Made by a program: the position numbers and the translations under genes
NCBI GenBank assembly: GCA_965215605.1
Contig: OZ244070.1
Location: 3,488,001 to 3,552,000 of the forward strand
Direction: 5' to 3'
DNA from: an uncultured Candidatus Binatia bacterium
GTDB lineage: Bacteria > Desulfobacterota > Binatia > UBA9968 > JAJDTQ01
DNA: 64,000 bases
Shown here: in pieces, positions 59,934 through 64,000 of the stretch
Layout: each line of letters begins with the position of its first letter
Position numbering within the stretch: position 1 is the stretch's first letter
The notes under the pieces: model-generated
Seen by the model: only the letters and a program-made list of their open reading frames with translations
What the model was told of the DNA's origin: nothing
Database searches by the model: none

Positions 59934-61115
59934 CTAATCGAAGTACCCGGTTTTCAGGGCCCAGAGCCACGCGTAGGCGATCTTCTCGTTGTATAACGCC
60001 CAGTGGCCCATGTGGGTGTACTTCGGCACCAGCCCCACGTGTATTTTCGCCCCGGCGGCCCCGTACTTGCCGGCCATGAACATCTCGCGCTTGTCACCGA
60101 GGCTTTGCCCGCCGATCCAGTGGCCGTGGTCGTTCTCGCCCACCATGAGCAGCACCTTGAGGTTGGCGAGCCATTCCGGGGCCGGGTCCTGCAGGTGGTC
60201 GAAGTACTCCTCCCGCGGCAGGCCGGTCACCCGGACGTATTCCTCGAGCCGTTCCGGGAAGACGTTGTGCTGGTTGTCCCGCAGCCCGATCTTGATCTGG
60301 GGGCGGGTGTTCTCCGTGAGCCGGAAAAAGTCCTCCATCCGACCCCAGGGAGTCAGCTCCGGCAGGTCCTCGTAGTGGGACTTCCGGTACGCCTCCACCG
60401 TACGCCGGGATATCTGCGTGAGCCCGTAGGGCTTGGGCGTCTCCATGCCCGTAGCCTCCCGCCACTCCCTGCGCCAGCCGTCGGGCCCGCCGCTGCCCCA
60501 GCCGACCACGCCGATGACCTCCGCTTCCTCGGTGAATCGGGTCAGGTGCGCCGCCATGGGACCCCCGGTCGAGTGGCCGAAGGTGATGAGGCGCCGCCCG
60601 TGAAGATGCCGGTCCGTCAGTTGTCCGGCCCCCTGGAGGATGACGTTGAACGTGCACTTGAGCAGCCGGTCCTGGAGCTCTTCCTCGCCGGTGTCCGTGT
60701 CCAGCAGATAAACGGGTAACCGATCGGCGATGGGCTTGTCCCATTCTCCGCCCCGGGGCCAGAGGCCCGGATAGCTCAGGGCCAGGACCGTGAAGCCCTG
60801 GGCCGCCAGCCTGCGGGCCAGTCCCGGGCGGCCGTCCGGGGTCACGTCCATGACCTTCTCGTTGGCACCCCCGCCGTGGAACACCACGAAGGCCGGCTGG
60901 TCGTCCCGCTCGCGCGCGGGGGTGTAGAGTGAGCCGTGTATGTCCCACTCGTAGCCGTTGCGCTGGTAGCGTTCGACCACCTCGGTGACGGAGTAGGCGC
61001 CGTCGTCATCGGGCGGCGGCATGGCGAGCCAGTCATTCCAACCGATGGGCACGAGGGTTTCATCACCCCCGAGGCTGCGGGTGAAGTCCTGGGTTCCGGC
61101 TGGCGGTTCGGGCAT
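59934..61115 (-). CDS. Hypothetical protein with alpha/beta-hydrolase-like motifs
   Basis: VVFHGGG, LAAQGFTV, GHSTGG nucleophile elbow, VGEND, late His; CAGGAG RBS. Confidence 0.65.
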   Translation of the reverse strand: MPEPPAGTQDFTRSLGGDETLVPIGWNDWLAMPPPDDDGAYSVTEVVERYQRNGYEWDIHGSLYTPARERDDQPAFVVFHGGGANEKVMDVTPDGRPGLARRLAAQGFTVLALSYPGLWPRGGEWDKPIADRLPVYLLDTDTGEEELQDRLLKCTFNVILQGAGQLTDRHLHGRRLITFGHSTGGPMAAHLTRFTEEAEVIGVVGWGSGGPDGWRREWREATGMETPKPYGLTQISRRTVEAYRKSHYEDLPELTPWGRMEDFFRLTENTRPQIKIGLRDNQHNVFPERLEEYVRVTGLPREEYFDHLQDPAPEWLANLKVLLMVGENDHGHWIGGQSLGDKREMFMAGKYGAAGAKIHVGLVPKYTHMGHWALYNEKIAYAWLWALKTGYFD

Positions 61116-61210
61116 GTTATTCTCCTGTGACGGCCTGCGGCCGCGGTCGGTCAGGCTGCGATATAGCGGTTACGGCAACGGAAGACAACGAAAGCAGAGG
61201 CGGATACATC

Positions 61211-62086
61211 ATGGAGCTGGGTCTTTCCCTTTTCTCGACGGAGCAGTCGGGTCCGGTAGGCGACATCGCCAGGGAGGCGGAGCGGCTGGGCTTCGAGTCC
61301 CTGTGGTTCCCGGAGCATATGCTCATTCCGGTGCACTACGAATCCCGTTACAAGCGCACGTCCGACGGGAGCGTCCCCGAGTCGTTCGCCCACCTGCCCG
61401 ATCCCTTCATCGGCGCGGCCATGGCCGCCCAGGCCACCGAGCGCCTGCGCGTCGCCACCGGAATCTGCATCCTGCCCCAACGTGACGTCATCGCCACGGC
61501 CAAGGCGGCCGCCACCCTGGACCTCCACTGCGGCGGACGTTTCATCATGGGCGTGGGCGCCGGCTGGTTCCCGGAGGAGGCGGAGATCCTGGGGGTTTCG
61601 TTCAAGCGCCGCTGGAAGATGCTGCGGGAGGGGGTCGAGGCCATCAAGGAGTTGTGGAGCCGGGACGAGGCTTCCTACGAGGGCGAGTTCGTCCGCTTCC
61701 CGCCGGTCAGGGTCTTCCCCAAGCCCGTGCAGAAACCTCATCCGCCGGTCTATCTCGGAGTCCACGACCCCAGATACGCGCCGGCGCGGGTCGCCCGCTA
61801 CGCCGACGGCTGGTGTCCGGGCGATCTGCCCGTGGACGACGCCGCGGACGCCGTGGCGAGTGTGCGCCGGGCCGCCCGTGAACACGGACGGGACCCTGGC
61901 GAGATCGAGTTCTCGGTGCTGCTGACGCCGAAGGACGGCTTTCCCACGGTGGACGACATGAGCCGGTATCGGGAGGCGGGCATGCGGCGCATCGTGTTGC
62001 GGTTGGATGCGGTGACCGGAAGCGGAGTCGCTGCCGCCGGGCGGCTCGAGCCTTTCCTGGAGCAGGCGAAGCGCTTGGACCCGTAG
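61211..62086 (+). CDS. LLM class (probably F420-dependent) oxidoreductase
   Basis: GFESLWFPEH, DPF, ATLD..GGR..GVGAGW, PKPVQKPHPP, YADGW. Confidence 0.9.
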   Translation: MELGLSLFSTEQSGPVGDIAREAERLGFESLWFPEHMLIPVHYESRYKRTSDGSVPESFAHLPDPFIGAAMAAQATERLRVATGICILPQRDVIATAKAAATLDLHCGGRFIMGVGAGWFPEEAEILGVSFKRRWKMLREGVEAIKELWSRDEASYEGEFVRFPPVRVFPKPVQKPHPPVYLGVHDPRYAPARVARYADGWCPGDLPVDDAADAVASVRRAAREHGRDPGEIEFSVLLTPKDGFPTVDDMSRYREAGMRRIVLRLDAVTGSGVAAAGRLEPFLEQAKRLDP

Positions 62087-62133
62087 CCGGTGCCCTGCAA
62101 GCCCTAGCCTCCGGGCAGCGGCGGCACGGCGAG

Positions 62134-62943
62134 CTATCCCGACCAACCCCGGGTGATCAGAACGGCAAGCCCCACGGCCCAGCAATAGCCGGCAAACCAC
62201 GTGAGCCTCCGCGAGAGAAGCACCTTCAGGAGCACTTCGATGCTGAAGTAGCCCACGGCGAAGGCGGCCACGAAGGCGAGTCCGTAGCCCGGCGCGTTCA
62301 CCCCCGACGCGCCCTGGAGCCCGTGTGTCGCCAGTTGCAGCACGAAGGCGCCGAGTATGGCGGGCACCGACAGCACGAACGAGTAGCGCAGGGCCATGTC
62401 ACGCCGGAGACCGGCGAAGACTCCCGCGGCCACGGTGGCCCCGGAGCGGGAGATGCCGGGAATGATGGCCAGGCCCTGGACCACGCCGATGACCAGGGCG
62501 TGGCCGGCATGCATGTGCTCGATGCCCCGGGCGTGTTCCGGCGCGCGGTCGGTGGCGAAGAGCAGCGCGCCGGTGACGAGCAGCATGCTCGCGGCAGTGG
62601 GAACGCTGGCAAAAAGGCGCTCCAGCGGTTCGGCGAACAGGAGGCCGATGATGGCGGTGGGAAGGGTTCCGACGATGACCAGCCAGAGGAGCCGCAGGGC
62701 TGCCGGGTCCGCCCGTCGGGGCGCGGCGGCGGCCCGCGCCAGGGCCGTGAAATCCCGGCGGAAGTACACCAGCACGGCGCCCAGGGTTGCCAGGTGCACC
62801 GTGGCGTGGAACAGCACGCCGGGCTGGTTGAAGCCGGGAAGCCAGGACTGGAGCAGCACCAGGTGGCCGGAGCTGCTGACCGGCAGGAACTCGGTGAGCC
62901 CTTGCAGGATTCCGAGCGCGATGAGCGTCAGGGTGGGGGTCAC
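62134..62943 (-). CDS. uppP: Undecaprenyl-diphosphate phosphatase
   Basis: QGLTEFLPVSSSGH and PGISRSGAT motifs; GAGGA RBS before GTG 62943. Confidence 0.93.
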   Translation of the reverse strand: MTPTLTLIALGILQGLTEFLPVSSSGHLVLLQSWLPGFNQPGVLFHATVHLATLGAVLVYFRRDFTALARAAAAPRRADPAALRLLWLVIVGTLPTAIIGLLFAEPLERLFASVPTAASMLLVTGALLFATDRAPEHARGIEHMHAGHALVIGVVQGLAIIPGISRSGATVAAGVFAGLRRDMALRYSFVLSVPAILGAFVLQLATHGLQGASGVNAPGYGLAFVAAFAVGYFSIEVLLKVLLSRRLTWFAGYCWAVGLAVLITRGWSG

Positions 62944-63120
62944 GATTCCTCGTACGGCATGGTTTGACTCGAGCGGGACGGGGTAGGTTTCCACGAACCC
63001 CTGCCGGCAGGCAAGATCGGCTCGCGGGTCGATCCCTCGTGATTCGCCATTGGGCGACAGCTTCATCCGACGTTCAAACCACTTTAACACGCCTGCAACG
63101 ATCGAATGGCACCGCCCCAC

Positions 63121-63148
63121 CTGGATTCCCGCTTTCGCGGAAAGGACG
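63121..63148. repeat. REP-like palindrome copy
   Basis: CTGGATTCCCGCTTTCGCGGAAAGGACG, near-identical to 2039-2066. Confidence 0.7.
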
Positions 63149-63218
63149 TCAGGTTGACGTCCGCCGTCATGAGGCACCACAATGAGTGCCTTGCGGGCCG
63201 TTGCGGGAAAGGATCGAT

Positions 63219-64000
63219 ATGGCGTTCGACGGCATGCTCAGCCTCCAGTTCGTCACCCATCTGGCGAACCACTACTCGGTCAACCGGTTCGTGGAGTTGG
63301 CCGCGCTTGCCCGCGAACGCGGGTTCCAGCGGATCTGGCTCAACGACAACGCGCGCTACCGGAGCCAGGTGGTGGTGCTTTCGGCCATCGCCGCGCGCGT
63401 GCCCATCGGCGTCGGCACGGCCGTTCTGGTGCCCTACTTCCACCACCCCATCGAGGTGGTGGACTCCCTGGCCGCCCTGTCCGAGTTGAGCGAAGGGCGC
63501 GAGGTGGGCTTCGGACTGGCGCGCGGCTCCCTTACCCAGACGCCGCAGCACGTGGCCATGCACCGGCCCCTCGGGGTGGTGCGTGAGCTGGCGGTGTTCG
63601 CGTCCCGGGCGCTGGCCGGAGAGCGGGTGGCCTACCGGGACTTCCCGGTGCTGTGCGAGTACTTCCATTTCAATCCCGCGGGCAGGTTCGAGTTGGCCTT
63701 CACGCCGAAGTCCCCGGTGGTGATCTATTCGGGCGGCAACGGCCCCCGGTCGCTGCGCATGGGCGGCCAGGTCATGGACGGCCTCATCAGCTCGGGGACC
63801 TTCATTCCCATGCTGCGGGCGGGCCGGCTCAAGGGGATGCACCAGATTGCCGAGGCCGGCGCCCGGAGCGTCGATCCCGGGAAGACTCTCCGCAAGATGG
63901 TGGAGCTCAATGTCTCGGTTTCCCGCGACCGGGACGCGGCCTTCGAGTTTCCCAAACGCCAGGTGGCCCACTCGATCCCTCAATGGGAGTCCCTGGGGTT
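63219..64000 (+). CDS. LLM class flavin-dependent oxidoreductase (partial, runs off window)
   Basis: Hand translation MAFDGMLSLQ...GFQRIWLND...GVGTAVLVP..HHP...LSELSEGR..FGLARG...GGNGP...MDG; no stop before window end. Confidence 0.82.
   Translation, partial: MAFDGMLSLQFVTHLANHYSVNRFVELAALARERGFQRIWLNDNARYRSQVVVLSAIAARVPIGVGTAVLVPYFHHPIEVVDSLAALSELSEGREVGFGLARGSLTQTPQHVAMHRPLGVVRELAVFASRALAGERVAYRDFPVLCEYFHFNPAGRFELAFTPKSPVVIYSGGNGPRSLRMGGQVMDGLISSGTFIPMLRAGRLKGMHQIAEAGARSVDPGKTLRKMVELNVSVSRDRDAAFEFPKRQVAHSIPQWESLG

Overview
GC-rich, gene-dense bacterial chromosomal segment with about 57 CDS. I found no rRNA, tRNA, CRISPR array, transposase or integrase. It is dominated by redox, catabolic and transport genes: a cytoplasmic-type molybdopterin oxidoreductase with a 4Fe-4S/NrfD fusion partner, a CoA-transferase pair, a complete mrpABCDEFG antiporter operon, SthA, an atypical SdhA-like flavoprotein with a stand-alone 2Fe-2S protein, two xanthine-dehydrogenase-family Mo-hydroxylase trios, three luciferase-like monooxygenases, TTT/MFS/RND/DMT transporters and a UbiD + acyl-CoA ligase pair. 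The strongest signal missed by the ORF track is two apparent selenoprotein genes. One is an OsmC/Ohr-like gene (45849..46418, -) and the other a UxxC glutaredoxin/NrdH-like gene (50638..50871, +). Each has an in-frame TGA exactly at the catalytic Cys position, followed by a SECIS-like hairpin with an AGU(U)A-type loop, and together they bracket the UbiD-ligase-TctC module. Other notable items are an amidohydrolase + PqqC/CADD-like diiron enzyme pair, a coiled-coil protein with a CP12-like tail, a frameshift at the start of thrC, a pseudo-receiver protein, two structured intergenic regions and dispersed REP-like palindromes. All functional calls come from motif recognition only; no database searches were run.
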